Shown here one piece after another: positions 40,221 to 50,403 of a DNA stretch of 64,000 bases. A program made the position numbers and the translations under genes. The stretch's first letter is position 1. Each line of letters begins with the position of its first letter. The notes below the pieces were generated by a model. The model did no database searches. It had not been told where the DNA came from and saw only the letters and a list, made by a program, of their open reading frames with translations. The stretch comes from a virus (taxonomy: Duplodnaviria > Heunggongvirae > Uroviricota > Caudoviricetes): the IMG/VR virus record IMGVR_UViG_2029527006_000005; one strand, given 5' to 3'.

Positions 40221-40421
40221 TTAGTTATCGCATGAGATTACCTCTTTGTTCGTGTACTTCACTTTGTAGTATCCATTTAGTGAACGCCATTCGTAGATGT
40301 ATGAGAGTATATTACCATCTAGGTCATCGTCTGTCAAGCCTGTAATTTCGGCGTGATGGGTTTCGTAATTGTCCTCATTGGGTTTAAGTCCCTTCAAGGT
40401 TACTCGTACTGTTATTGACAC
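40221..40421 (-). CDS. hypothetical early protein
   Basis: GTG start with AGGAG RBS. Confidence 0.6.
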   Translation of the reverse strand: MSITVRVTLKGLKPNEDNYETHHAEITGLTDDDLDGNILSYIYEWRSLNGYYKVKYTNKEVISCDN

Positions 40422-40675
40422 GTGTACTCCTTTGTGATACCATCGAATTGCATAATGATATTGTTTCCGTGCAGGATATATGTTACAGTACCGAATCGAT
40501 CTTTAGCCACGAATAAACCGGGCTTGACTTCTTCGGCAACAACATGTTCGTTTGTGTCCACCAGCGAAGTGTTATCAATGATAAATCGAGTACTGAAACC
40601 ATCAGCACTACAGATCAAGTCCTGTGCTAATACTGGAGTACTGAAGAGTGCAGCGAGTAAGAGTAAATGTTTCAT
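40412..40675 (-). CDS. small secreted/periplasmic protein
   Basis: signal peptide MKHLLLLAALFSTPVLA; two Cys near the ends of the mature chain. Confidence 0.7.
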   Translation of the reverse strand: MKHLLLLAALFSTPVLAQDLICSADGFSTRFIIDNTSLVDTNEHVVAEEVKPGLFVAKDRFGTVTYILHGNNIIMQFDGITKEYTCQ

Positions 40676-40741
40676 CGTTTGGTCCTCTTTGGTTGTACTG
40701 ATATAATAACAAAAAAGGCTGACATATGTCAACCTCTTTTT

Positions 40742-41260
40742 TTAATCTTCGTAAGTGAATGGTGTGATTGCATCGCTAATGTATTCAACAATAGCTAATG
40801 GATCGTCTTCACGTGCTGTAATCTCTGCTGTAGCTCTGTATGCGGCCTGTAGAGCGTTTTTAACTTTAGCCGGGGCTACCTCTTTAAGTTCTGCAATTAA
40901 TCGCTTAGAATGGCGTACATCGCCTTTAAACGCTGCTTTCCAATCATCTTGTAAAGTACTGATAAGAGTTTTAGAATCTTTTGGCATTGGTTTCTGTACT
41001 TCTGGTTCTGGTGTTGGCTTACCACCCATTAAGCCTAGGGATTGGAAGTATCTTAGTTTCTCGTCTGGTTTCATTCGAGAGGTATCGACTAGTGTATCGG
41101 TTACTGTGTTTGCTTTACCTGCTGCCCCTGTTCCTTGATTACGGGAGCCACGCGATCCCTGTCCTGCGTTATGGCTATTACTGCGGCGGTTCTCATCGCT
41201 CCACTTGTCCGAGTGTCCAGCGAGAGTAGCACCTGATTTAGAGCGGAATTGACCCGGCAT
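40742..41260 (-). CDS. hypothetical protein with low-complexity N-terminus
   Basis: AGGAG RBS before MPGQF. Confidence 0.7.
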   Translation of the reverse strand: MPGQFRSKSGATLAGHSDKWSDENRRSNSHNAGQGSRGSRNQGTGAAGKANTVTDTLVDTSRMKPDEKLRYFQSLGLMGGKPTPEPEVQKPMPKDSKTLISTLQDDWKAAFKGDVRHSKRLIAELKEVAPAKVKNALQAAYRATAEITAREDDPLAIVEYISDAITPFTYED

Positions 41261-41576
41261 AATTAATTCTCCTGTGCATGAATTATAGATATATTTATGC
41301 ACCCTGTGGGTTAGCTTGTTTCTATGCGTATATAATAACAAAAGGGCTGACTCTCGTCAACCCATTTTTTACATGTATTTTAAATATAATCTGTCAAATG
41401 ATTCTAATGCTACAACAGCGTTTGATGTTACAATTCTTTCCCTTCCACATCTTACGGTGAAGTTCTGTCCGTCAAAAGTCATGATTACATCATTGATGTT
41501 TCGAATACGTTTCATTTGGTTCTTTCCAATATGTGCTACCCTATGGAAAGTATTATACCAAATGATCCAATAGTGA

Positions 41577-41828
41577 TCAACGCTGATTTACAAAATCATT
41601 GTACTTTTCGTGAGACATTAAATGTAGTTGCTTTTCTTTGTCAATTACGATACGCTCAGTTCGGGAAATATCCAGTACTTGGAATAGTCCGTTACTCAGT
41701 TTGCGAGCGTGGAGATCACCACTTATGAAACTGTTAGCTGCTTTGACAGCCTTCTCTACAATCTTCTTTTGCGGCTTGTAGTGCAGTTTCATGAAATTAC
41801 CGTTGACTAATTCGACTTGCTTTTTCAT
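41577..41828 (-). CDS. small protein, possible ParE/RelE-like fold
   Basis: 83 aa; ARKL...LDI...RIV...LMSHEKYN pattern; recalled similarity, unverified. Confidence 0.45.
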   Translation of the reverse strand: MKKQVELVNGNFMKLHYKPQKKIVEKAVKAANSFISGDLHARKLSNGLFQVLDISRTERIVIDKEKQLHLMSHEKYNDFVNQR

Positions 41829-41871
41829 TTTGGTTTCTCTTAAAGGTGGGGGATTTCTCCCCCTGTGTTGG

Positions 41872-42243
41872 TTAGCTACGGGCGAGACTAGCAGCCAGTA
41901 GTGCGGCGGTGCGTGAGCGGCGAACAAGTACATTCACGTTATTACCCTTGCGATCTTTCAGGGTGTAGCTGTGATTGTGCACTTGACGTGAGTCCACCAG
42001 CGGCAAACCCATAATATCACGCGGTTCTACTGGCTCAAGTGCTACGTCCATCACTTCAGCCTGAAGCATTGCAGCAAGCTGTGCGACGGCCTCAGACTTA
42101 GGAGCTTCTACCGTGTATTGTACTTCCCAACGCTTACCAGCAGGAGCATCAGCACCGTTATCAATGATCTTGCCGTCATAATCTACTTTAGCGTGTCGTG
42201 CATCGTTACGGGTTTTGCAGAACACAGATTTGATAGTAGCCAT
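41872..42243 (-). CDS. hypothetical early protein
   Basis: GAGG RBS, own promoter. Confidence 0.7.
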   Translation of the reverse strand: MATIKSVFCKTRNDARHAKVDYDGKIIDNGADAPAGKRWEVQYTVEAPKSEAVAQLAAMLQAEVMDVALEPVEPRDIMGLPLVDSRQVHNHSYTLKDRKGNNVNVLVRRSRTAALLAASLARS

Positions 42244-42451
42244 TTTTGTACTTCCTCTTTGTGGTTGATGTAAGTATTATACTTTAATGTCGATTCGGTG
42301 TCTAGTACTTTTTACTTCTTTTTGATGCTCTTTTACTTCTTTGACAATCCTTTCTTGTTGGGGAATACTGTAAGTATTATACACTGTCCGGTAGATTGGT
42401 GCAACTGGTGTAATCATCTTTAAGTACTCCCCTTGTGTTTAAAGTATTATA

Positions 42452-42769
42452 TCACAGTGAAGCGAGGGAACCAAGGAAAATCTCTGCTTCTTCCATCGTT
42501 ACAACCCTTGCGTTCTGTCCGTTCAAAAAGATAGTAGCAATGTCTTTTTCTGCTCTGTGGCGGGTGATGTAACGTTTTATATCATTACGCCCTGATGCTG
42601 GTAAGTGGTTACCTTCCAAGTAGTAACCGCTGTAAATGCAATCTTTGCCTGTCCACGGATTCTTTACCATAATGGCAAAGTTACGATCAGAGCTACCCAG
42701 AGTACTATACATAGTATGACCAACTGGAGAGGTGTCGATTGTTTTTCGCATTGCTGAATGTAAAGCCAT
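42452..42769 (-). CDS. hypothetical early protein
   Basis: GAGG RBS, own promoter. Confidence 0.7.
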   Translation of the reverse strand: MALHSAMRKTIDTSPVGHTMYSTLGSSDRNFAIMVKNPWTGKDCIYSGYYLEGNHLPASGRNDIKRYITRHRAEKDIATIFLNGQNARVVTMEEAEIFLGSLASL

Positions 42770-42870
42770 TTTTTAAATCCTCGTTTGTTTAAAGGTTCTT
42801 TCTCGTCTTGATGTAAGTATTATACAGTACTGTAAGAGGGAGTCAACAACTATTTTCAAAATAAAAGTAC

Positions 42871-42999
42871 TTGACACCGCGATCTGTTTTTGGTATTATA
42901 TATCCCATAGAGACAACTAACCCACAGGGTGGGATAATCTATCCAAATTTTATAGTACTGTACAAATAAACAGGGGAGTGGTTAGCTCCCCATTGTGTT
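42871..42999 (+). ncRNA. candidate ~90 nt small RNA unit
   Basis: TTGACA-17-TATTAT, ACCCACAGGGTG, AGTACTGTACAAATAAAC, GGGGAG/CTCCCC hairpin; no ORF. Confidence 0.55.
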
Positions 43000-43642
43000 A
43001 CATTTTGCGGATTGCTTTCACGGTATCTTTTACAGATTTACCCGCTAACAAAAGTTCTTCAATCTTCGCGTACTGCTCAGTTGTCAGGTCTTCGCCCGTC
43101 TGTGCCAGTACTGCTTCGTATTGAGATTCTTTCATTTTCATTTCCTCGGTTGTTTGCTGTTGATGTAAGTATTATAAAGTACTCGCTCAGTAAATGCAAG
43201 TACTTTTAATCATTACGCCTCTCTTACACTACGATATGATCCTTTAATATCTTGCAGCTTTTTGACACGTTGCCACGCATCACCAGCCGAATAACCCCAT
43301 TCACGCACGAGGGTTACACCACCAGATTTAAGAATCACTTCAAATACAAATTCTTTTTTCATAGTATCTTGATCCCCTCATAACCACCAGCGATGGCAGA
43401 ATGGAAATCAATCTTTGTTTCGTGTGAGATCCATTTAGCCTTTAATACAGTACCTACCGGATAGAAACTAGTAGCCCAATCCATTACTTCGGCGTGTTGT
43501 TCTTCTCGCTCTTTACGCTCAGTACTAACCAGCATTTTAGTAGTGAAGTTCGAAGTACTTACATCCAGAGAGTAGATAGACTATTTTTTTAATTCCTTGT
43601 TTGCTTAAGATGGGACTATTATATAATAGCCCCTGTGTACTG

Positions 43643-44182
43643 TCAAGCCTTATCTTTTAGATAATCAGGTAAATCTGTATTCTGATAATCTAACTCTTTA
43701 AGTACTTGCTTATCCTTAGTACTGTTTGAGATAATATCAAAATCGTAGATTCTGATAAGTTTCCCGCCGTAGTTCCCTGCATCGCTGTTATGCGTTACAC
43801 CTTGAGCAGTAAAGAAAGCGGCTAACTCTTTAGCAATCTTATGTAAGCCTTTAACATTCCAGTACAGCCACAATTCAAAGCGATGTGCGGTCATTGTTTC
43901 GCGTTGGCTAAACTCTTTCTTAAACAGTTTCGCCAGCTTTTGAGTACAATACACATTACACCAGTATTGCAGGTTCGGGATTGTTATCTCTACGTTGCTT
44001 GCGTGTTGTTCCTCTTTGAGTTCCACTGTCAAGGCGTACACTGATCGCCCGTAATGCTCGGCCCACAGATAAGAGTTCGTACAGTAGAGACCAACACCAT
44101 ACTGCGTACTATGGATTTTTGCACCCAGATAACCCGGACGATGATCAAACTTGCTGGAGCCGTGATAAAGGGTAGTAATCAT
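43643..44182 (-). CDS. putative ADP-ribosyltransferase-like (H-Y-Y type) protein
   Basis: LYHGS...YGVGLYCT...AEHYG motif series; start at MITTL. Confidence 0.6.
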   Translation of the reverse strand: MITTLYHGSSKFDHRPGYLGAKIHSTQYGVGLYCTNSYLWAEHYGRSVYALTVELKEEQHASNVEITIPNLQYWCNVYCTQKLAKLFKKEFSQRETMTAHRFELWLYWNVKGLHKIAKELAAFFTAQGVTHNSDAGNYGGKLIRIYDFDIISNSTKDKQVLKELDYQNTDLPDYLKDKA

Positions 44183-44238
44183 TTTGTGTATCTCGTTTCG
44201 TTTCAATGAATACATTATGCCAGTACTTGCAAAGTATG

Positions 44239-44727
44239 TCAACTGCTTTTGGAATATTTCTTTTTCCATGTAAAGGCGGTTGCATATGATACATTTAATT
44301 CATTAGCTAGCCTTTGTATACCATAACCATTATAATAGGTTGTCTGAATGTAGTCTATGATTTCCGGTGTTAATTTACTACTGAAATTATTCATTCCCCA
44401 TTGTTCACGCAATAAACCATTATCAGCCGCATGTTTTGTATTTTCTTGAACCGTCGCCCATTCAAGATTAGAATAATGATTATTTTGTTTATTTCCATCT
44501 TTATGATTGACAACGGTTTGATTTGGTGCTGCTGGTGGGAGAAAATTCAATGCTACCAAACGGTGTGCTTTGCAATTCTTTCCTTGACCTTCAAACCAAA
44601 GTTGTAGTATACTATAACCATCTTTATCGGTTGCTTGCTTACGTATGCGTCCTGTCTTGCGTGTTCGCACGTCGCCAAACTCTGACACCTCATAATTGCT
44701 ATTCTCTTTAAGTACTTTCCATTCCAT
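44239..44727 (-). CDS. NUMOD4-HNH homing endonuclease
   Basis: EWK...YEVSEFGDVR (NUMOD4), AHRLVA, VNHKDGNKQNNHYSNLEW. Confidence 0.9.
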   Translation of the reverse strand: MEWKVLKENSNYEVSEFGDVRTRKTGRIRKQATDKDGYSILQLWFEGQGKNCKAHRLVALNFLPPAAPNQTVVNHKDGNKQNNHYSNLEWATVQENTKHAADNGLLREQWGMNNFSSKLTPEIIDYIQTTYYNGYGIQRLANELNVSYATAFTWKKKYSKSS

Positions 44728-44801
44728 AAAATATCCTTTTGTCAATCCCTTATTAAGAATATTATATCACAAAAATAATCGATTGTCCCAAAAATAAATG
44801 C

Positions 44802-44928
44802 TTGACAGCCCACCAGCATTTTGGTATTCTATATCCCATAGAAACAATTAGCCCACAGGGTGCGGAAATGTATCTATAGGTTATAGTACTGTACAAATAA
44901 ACAGGGGAGTCATTGCTCCCCTTTGTGT
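44802..44928 (+). ncRNA. candidate ~90 nt small RNA unit
   Basis: TTGACA...TATTCT promoter, GCCCACAGGGTGC, same 3' module and hairpin as the 42871 unit. Confidence 0.55.
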
Positions 44929-45257
44929 TATTCTTCTGCGTCTAAATCCAGATCCCCGTAGGCACTTTCCAGTAGTTCCCCTGTGTGATCATCAGCAAGG
45001 AAATTGTCTTCATAGTTAACGTCAACGCCGACAATGTAGAACTGGCGATCATCGGGATCATTAAAGTTAATTGATTGGATGTTAGCCATTACTGTATTGA
45101 TACCCAATACGCCGCCGTCATCAGTAACAAAGTACTGATATTTTTCATAGCCGCCAGAGTTGAAACCGTAGTTAATATTTGCTACGCCGTCATCCAGTCG
45201 AATCGCCTGAGAGATAAATTCATTTTCGAAGTTGGCTTGAACGTTGGAGATAGTCAT
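44928..45257 (-). CDS. hypothetical early protein
   Basis: GGY...TDDGGVL...VNYED...ESAYG; cassette RBS. Confidence 0.75.
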   Translation of the reverse strand: MTISNVQANFENEFISQAIRLDDGVANINYGFNSGGYEKYQYFVTDDGGVLGINTVMANIQSINFNDPDDRQFYIVGVDVNYEDNFLADDHTGELLESAYGDLDLDAEE

Positions 45258-45348
45258 TGTACTTTCCTTAATTAGTGGGGGAAGATGTTTTCCCCCTATG
45301 CAAATCATTATACGCTTATCAGGGAGTAATGCAAGTACTTTTTAGTAC

Positions 45349-45684
45349 TTAATTACGCCGGGATTCTGCCAGGAAATCATTCTGCCACTCGCAGAGTTCT
45401 TCCATGTTTTCTTTGTCGTGTAAATCACTTGCCGCTTGCAATATGATCAATTTAATCATATCATTGATTGTCAGGTCGTCAGTGTTTACGTCATAACCTT
45501 TGAGTACTTCACGCATATCATCTAACTGATATGATCCAACCTGTCCGAGTAACTGACACAACGCTTTACTGCTAGCTTCTGCCTTTTCGCGGGTAGTTGC
45601 TAACTCATACACCATATCGTATGATGGGAACACCAGCACCAGCTTATTACAATCTGACTGCCATTCTAAATCAGGTTCACGCAT
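45349..45684 (-). CDS. hypothetical early protein
   Basis: cassette RBS before MREPD. Confidence 0.7.
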   Translation of the reverse strand: MREPDLEWQSDCNKLVLVFPSYDMVYELATTREKAEASSKALCQLLGQVGSYQLDDMREVLKGYDVNTDDLTINDMIKLIILQAASDLHDKENMEELCEWQNDFLAESRRN

Positions 45685-45763
45685 GACCTTTTCCTTAATT
45701 AGTGGGGGAAGTTGTTTCCCCCTATGCAAATCATTATACGCTTATCAGGGAGTAATGCAAGTA

Positions 45764-45994
45764 CTATTTGAATGAATTTACGATATAATTTACAGCGTCA
45801 TCATTCAGTTCTGCCATAGCATTTTTGATCACTTCACGCAGTTTTTCATCTGCGGCTAACTGGCTGCTGTTGCTGCCGTTCAACGCTTCACGCCATGTAT
45901 CTTCATGTGCCTGTGAAATGTTGCGTACCTGTGAGAGTCGAGAAGACAGTAAGATACGAGTCAGTACTTGAGCGATGATTTCACGTTGTTCCAT
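45764..45994 (-). CDS. hypothetical early protein
   Basis: GAGG RBS. Confidence 0.7.
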   Translation of the reverse strand: MEQREIIAQVLTRILLSSRLSQVRNISQAHEDTWREALNGSNSSQLAADEKLREVIKNAMAELNDDAVNYIVNSFK

Positions 45995-46057
45995 TTGGTA
46001 GTTCCTCTTTGCTTAAGATGGGACTATTATATAATAGTCCCGTTTAGTTGTCCAGTA

Positions 46058-46525
46058 CTATTTCACATTAATTTCCAGATATTCAGGCTTAATGCGATCT
46101 TGATTGTAAAGCTCATTTGCTTCTGCTAATGTCTGCACTTGGACACCAGCCGCTTTAAAATAGCGTGTAAGCGTTTCTAAGAGCTTTTCCGGTGTATTGG
46201 TAGTTTTACGTGTCTTAATCTTGTCATGACCCATAGCATAGTACTGCTTGCGTGGAATCGTGCTAATCGCTGAGTAGTACGGTTCCATTTCCAGCTTATC
46301 AGTGATATTATCATCACTGCCAAACTTCATGCCGTGGATTGCAAAAGTCATACGCATAGTGTCATTTTCGCGAATATTTGAACTGCAATCTTTTTGATCA
46401 CGAGTCATACCAAACGCCAGACAAACATCGCCACCCAATGGCAGACGTCCAACGTGTACCCAACCGTTAGGGAATACTGCGAGGAAAGCGGCTGATACTT
46501 TTGCGGTGAACTCTTTGCTATTCAT
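46058..46525 (-). CDS. hypothetical early protein
   Basis: 155 aa behind a cassette. Confidence 0.75.
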   Translation of the reverse strand: MNSKEFTAKVSAAFLAVFPNGWVHVGRLPLGGDVCLAFGMTRDQKDCSSNIRENDTMRMTFAIHGMKFGSDDNITDKLEMEPYYSAISTIPRKQYYAMGHDKIKTRKTTNTPEKLLETLTRYFKAAGVQVQTLAEANELYNQDRIKPEYLEINVK

Positions 46526-47159
46526 AATCTCTTTCTCTTAATTAGTGGGGGAAGATGTTTCCCCCATGCAAAACATTATACAGTACTGAAAAAGTAATGC
46601 AAGTACTTTTTAGATATTAAAGGAGTCAGCATAACGTTGCAATGACTGCCAACTAATGTTATAATGCTTTGCTGCTCGCATGATTGATTCGGTTTCTGTG
46701 CACTGCGTTTTCTGCTCAATATGGAAAGCATAATCAAGAGCACCTTCGTAATCGCTTGAATCAAATTCTTTCTCATCCATTGCTTTGTCCTCTTTGTTAA
46801 GTTAGAAGTATTATAACACAGTAAACACATAAAGCAAGAACTATTTCAGTACTATAATATAACAGACAGACCATCGCACCCTGTGGGTTAGTAGCTTATC
46901 TGCCAATGACTATATAATACCGCATTGGCAGTTTGGTGTCAATCCTTTTTATCATCTTTTTTATCAGATAAGAAATCAGGTAATTTAGTACTTGGATTAT
47001 CCCAATCAATTTCGTTATAATGATTAGTGCCGTTAATTTCATCCAGTACTCGAATTGTTTCTTTTACCGTTTCGATTGTAACCTTTGCCATGTTGCCCCC
47101 TGTTTGCTGTACTGATATAATAACAAAAGGGCTGACATTAGTCAACCCCTTTTAAAACT

Positions 47160-47585
47160 TTATTGATTTGACAAACGGGCATCCAGTGCAATGCGTACCT
47201 CGTTTAATGAGTCGATGATGCTTCCAGTAGTTTGTCCTAACTGGTTATACATCCAGTCCTCAGAAGTAACAAGACGATCCATTTCTGAAAGTACTTTCTC
47301 AGCCGCTTTCAGTTTGTCATGCCATTCATTCATTTGATTGTACTGGCGTACTGTGTAAGAATCACCAGCCAGATCTACAGGTACTTTAAACACCAGAATC
47401 TGACGGGCTTGCTTATCCATATCTTTGAACAGATCGGATGACTCTCTGAAAGTACTGTCAACAATAGTACCAGTAAGTTTATCGTAATCGATAAACACTT
47501 GCGTTTCACCGATCAGCCCTTCCGCACGAATGGTAGGGGAGTTAGCGTCGTTCGCGAAACCGGTCATGTTAACTTTGTTGCTCAT
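47160..47585 (-). CDS. hypothetical early protein
   Basis: 141 aa behind a cassette. Confidence 0.75.
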   Translation of the reverse strand: MSNKVNMTGFANDANSPTIRAEGLIGETQVFIDYDKLTGTIVDSTFRESSDLFKDMDKQARQILVFKVPVDLAGDSYTVRQYNQMNEWHDKLKAAEKVLSEMDRLVTSEDWMYNQLGQTTGSIIDSLNEVRIALDARLSNQ

Positions 47586-47668
47586 GGGACTTTCCTTAAT
47601 TAGTGGGGGAGGTTATCTCCCCCTATGCAAAACATTATACGCTATTCAGAGAGTAATGCAAGTACTTT

Positions 47669-47974
47669 TTACAAGAAAGATACCAGCGAGGATTTAACAA
47701 TAACCTCCGCTGTTACTTCGTCGTCTACTTCGGTCACGCACTTAAGAGTAACGCACCAATCGCCACCAGCAAAGTACCACGTATGGGGCTGATCACCTTC
47801 CTGATATGAGTTCTTATCTTTCAGGTCGGAACCGTCAAACGTTGGCATACCTTCCTCAAAGGCGTACAATTCAGCCTCTGCCAGATCCTTAGCCAGAATC
47901 AAACGCTTAAGGTTGGTTTCATATTCACCAATACGCTGCGTGATGTGAGCTACGAACAGTTTGGATTTTAACAT
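47669..47974 (-). CDS. hypothetical early protein
   Basis: 101 aa, own promoter. Confidence 0.7.
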   Translation of the reverse strand: MLKSKLFVAHITQRIGEYETNLKRLILAKDLAEAELYAFEEGMPTFDGSDLKDKNSYQEGDQPHTWYFAGGDWCVTLKCVTEVDDEVTAEVIVKSSLVSFL

Positions 47975-48046
47975 TTTGTTTCTCTTTGCTTAAGTGATGT
48001 AAGTATTATAAAGTACTCGCAAAGTATATGCAAGTACTTTTATTAC

Positions 48047-48283
48047 TTACTCCACGTTATCCCCGATCATGTTTGCAGAAAAACGAATGATCTCATATAC
48101 TGCACGTAATGATTGACCACCGATACAAGTATCGACCAGATCCCCCGCTGAGTTGTACTTTTCCAGTGTATAACCACCAGCAACAGGTTGCACTTTATAA
48201 CGATACTTTGCACCCATCGCAGACAGCTTGTTATTCAGTACTGACAGGTAATGATCAACTTCGGTACGGGTTACTTTAGCCAT
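48047..48283 (-). CDS. hypothetical early protein
   Basis: 78 aa behind a cassette. Confidence 0.7.
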   Translation of the reverse strand: MAKVTRTEVDHYLSVLNNKLSAMGAKYRYKVQPVAGGYTLEKYNSAGDLVDTCIGGQSLRAVYEIIRFSANMIGDNVE

Positions 48284-48374
48284 GATTCTATTCTCTTAAT
48301 TAGGAGGGGAACCATTTCCCCTCTCTATGTAAAACATTATACGCTCTTTGGAATACTTTGCAAGTACTTTTTAC

Positions 48375-48737
48375 TTAATGTTTAACTTCGTTATATACTT
48401 TAACACTACGGGCATCAATTACTAACTGACTATAATTTGAAACTATATTTTTAAAGAATGGAACGTTTTTATACATGATTTGCACACGTTCCTGTGTCAA
48501 GCGACGAATTAATAAAATCAATTCATATTTCTTTTGGGTATAATATGCCTGTAATACAGTGTCAAGATACGCCGATTGTTCTGGAGTACTTTGTCCAAGT
48601 TCAACACAACGCTTGACAACAGTCTCGATTGAGTCTAGTATCTCACTTCTTACCATACGGTTATCACCAATTAAGATATGGTGTACTGCCCACATTTCAA
48701 CATCTGTGTGTTTGGTTGTATATGCTGGCTGGTGCAT
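48375..48737 (-). CDS. hypothetical early protein
   Basis: 120 aa, own promoter. Confidence 0.65.
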   Translation of the reverse strand: MHQPAYTTKHTDVEMWAVHHILIGDNRMVRSEILDSIETVVKRCVELGQSTPEQSAYLDTVLQAYYTQKKYELILLIRRLTQERVQIMYKNVPFFKNIVSNYSQLVIDARSVKVYNEVKH

Positions 48738-48817
48738 GATAGTATCTCTCTTCGCTTAATTGATGTAAGTATTATAAAGTACTCTCACACTATTTGCAAG
48801 AGTACTTTTGATAATAA

Positions 48818-49192
48818 TTAATTCAAGTAACGAATGAATCCTTGCGAGTCCAGAGCAGAGAAACCATTCTCTACAAAGATATTGCCGCGTATACCTTTGG
48901 CTACTGCGTTATAACTGGCAGACTTGAACACGTTCCCCTCAAAGTCTACACTACCGCAGGAGCTACGCCCGTATTGCATGATCTGCCCCGTTTCGTTACT
49001 CAGTTCGACGCGATCAATCTTCCAGTACTTCGGAGACTTGCGAACTTCAAAGGCGATTGCATACGGCATCTTATCAGGGCTAAACTGTACATCTTTGCGA
49101 CGGATCATTTCTTCCAACATCGCCACCAGTTCAACAGGTACAGTCTCAGCACTTGCACCACGTCCGAACAATACACGCTTAAAAGTAACCAT
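48818..49192 (-). CDS. hypothetical early protein
   Basis: KYWKI...GNVFKSASYNAVAKGIRGNI; GAGG RBS. Confidence 0.7.
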   Translation of the reverse strand: MVTFKRVLFGRGASAETVPVELVAMLEEMIRRKDVQFSPDKMPYAIAFEVRKSPKYWKIDRVELSNETGQIMQYGRSSCGSVDFEGNVFKSASYNAVAKGIRGNIFVENGFSALDSQGFIRYLN

Positions 49193-49546
49193 CTTTATAT
49201 CCTCTGTTTGGTTGATGTAAGTATTATATTAGAGTACTAAAACGAATGCAAGTACTTTTGATAATAAAATCCCAGCTATTACAATAAGCAGTACCGCACC
49301 CATTGCACCGAAACCGATCCACATTGCCGCCAATAAAGAACCAACAGGATTTTGTCGAATTTCATTAATCATTTTGTGTTACCCTTCGTTTGGTTGATAT
49401 AGGTATTATACTCTATTCCCAAAGTACTGCAAGCATTATTTTCAAATTATTTTCATTAAAAAAGTACTTGACAATATCGCAGTACTTTGGCATAATACAG
49501 TCATTGAAACAAATAGCCCACAGGGTGGGGGAATCCGTCTGTTGAT

Positions 49547-49565
49547 GTAAATGATTATCATTCTC
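49547..49565. promoter_or_regulatory. Fur-box-like site
   Basis: reverse complement GAGAATGATAATCATTTAC matches GATAATGATAATCATTATC at 16/19. Confidence 0.7.
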
Positions 49566-49647
49566 AAGTACTGAATACTTCTCCGCACCCTATGGGTCAC
49601 GCCTTTGTTCTGGCTTAAAAGTATTATCTCATTAAGCCAGTACTTTG

Positions 49648-50050
49648 TCAACGTTTTATTTCTTCGTAAGGATTTGGGCGTAACGTTGGCGGCATCTCTA
49701 AATGTGAGAAGTTAAACGAGTTCCCACGGTTCGCACGTCCGATCATTTGGATCTGATTAGGGTAGAATCCTGTTAGCCAATCATCTACCCAGATGATCCC
49801 CACGCCTTCATTGATGCGTTCTACCAGTACTTTACGCTTTTGTTTACGCTTCTTTATTCTCCGCTGATGGGCGTTCGTTATCCCATTGTGGTGCGGTGTA
49901 GTGTAACGATTTTTCACAACCTTCTCCCAACACTTTTTCAACCCGTTCTCTTTCGAATTGATTTGCCTCAGTTCTGGATAATAGTTTATCATACTTTGGA
50001 GGCGTGTCAACTACTTTTTCAATCTCATTCAGTACTTGACATTGATTCAT
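49648..50050 (-). pseudogene. possibly frameshifted early gene (two overlapping frames)
   Basis: ORF 49844..50050 has the RBS; ORF 49648..50010 continues in another frame. Confidence 0.35.
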
Positions 50051-50095
50051 TTTAAAGCTCCTGTAAGCCCCTATGCGGGGCTTTAACTTAAAGGG

Positions 50096-50338
50096 TTAGC
50101 AGTACAAGGATTCTTTATTCCAAGCCCCTGCAATGGGTTTTAGAGCGGTAGGATCGAGTGCTATCACCTCTTTGCGGAAAACAATATAATTGATTTCCTT
50201 GTGATATACTACCCGCTCATACATTTTCCCGCCTACAATGAAACATACATACCCGCTCCAGTGTGGTTTATCACCTACTGTTACCATAGAGCGACGGGCG
50301 GTAGTGTTTGGGTCGATGAGTTGGTCAATAGTTCGCAT
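50096..50338 (-). CDS. hypothetical early protein
   Basis: GAGG RBS before MRTID. Confidence 0.65.
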   Translation of the reverse strand: MRTIDQLIDPNTTARRSMVTVGDKPHWSGYVCFIVGGKMYERVVYHKEINYIVFRKEVIALDPTALKPIAGAWNKESLYC

Positions 50339-50403
50339 TGCTTTTCCTCTTTGCTTAATGTAGGGATATGATACCATATCCCCGTAATGTGTCAAGTACT
50401 TTT

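Larger units (their letters stand above)
36810..47153 (-). repeat. hairpin-embedded -35 promoter/terminator repeat (7 copies)
   Basis: AAAAGGG(C/A)TGAC-N4-GTCAACCC near 36810, 37878, 38271, 39514, 40711, 41341, 47124. Confidence 0.8.

Noticed and set aside
36810-47153. TGAC-N4-GTCA hairpins as matS sites
   Set aside because: matS is GTGAC-N3-GTCAC; spacing and flanks differ
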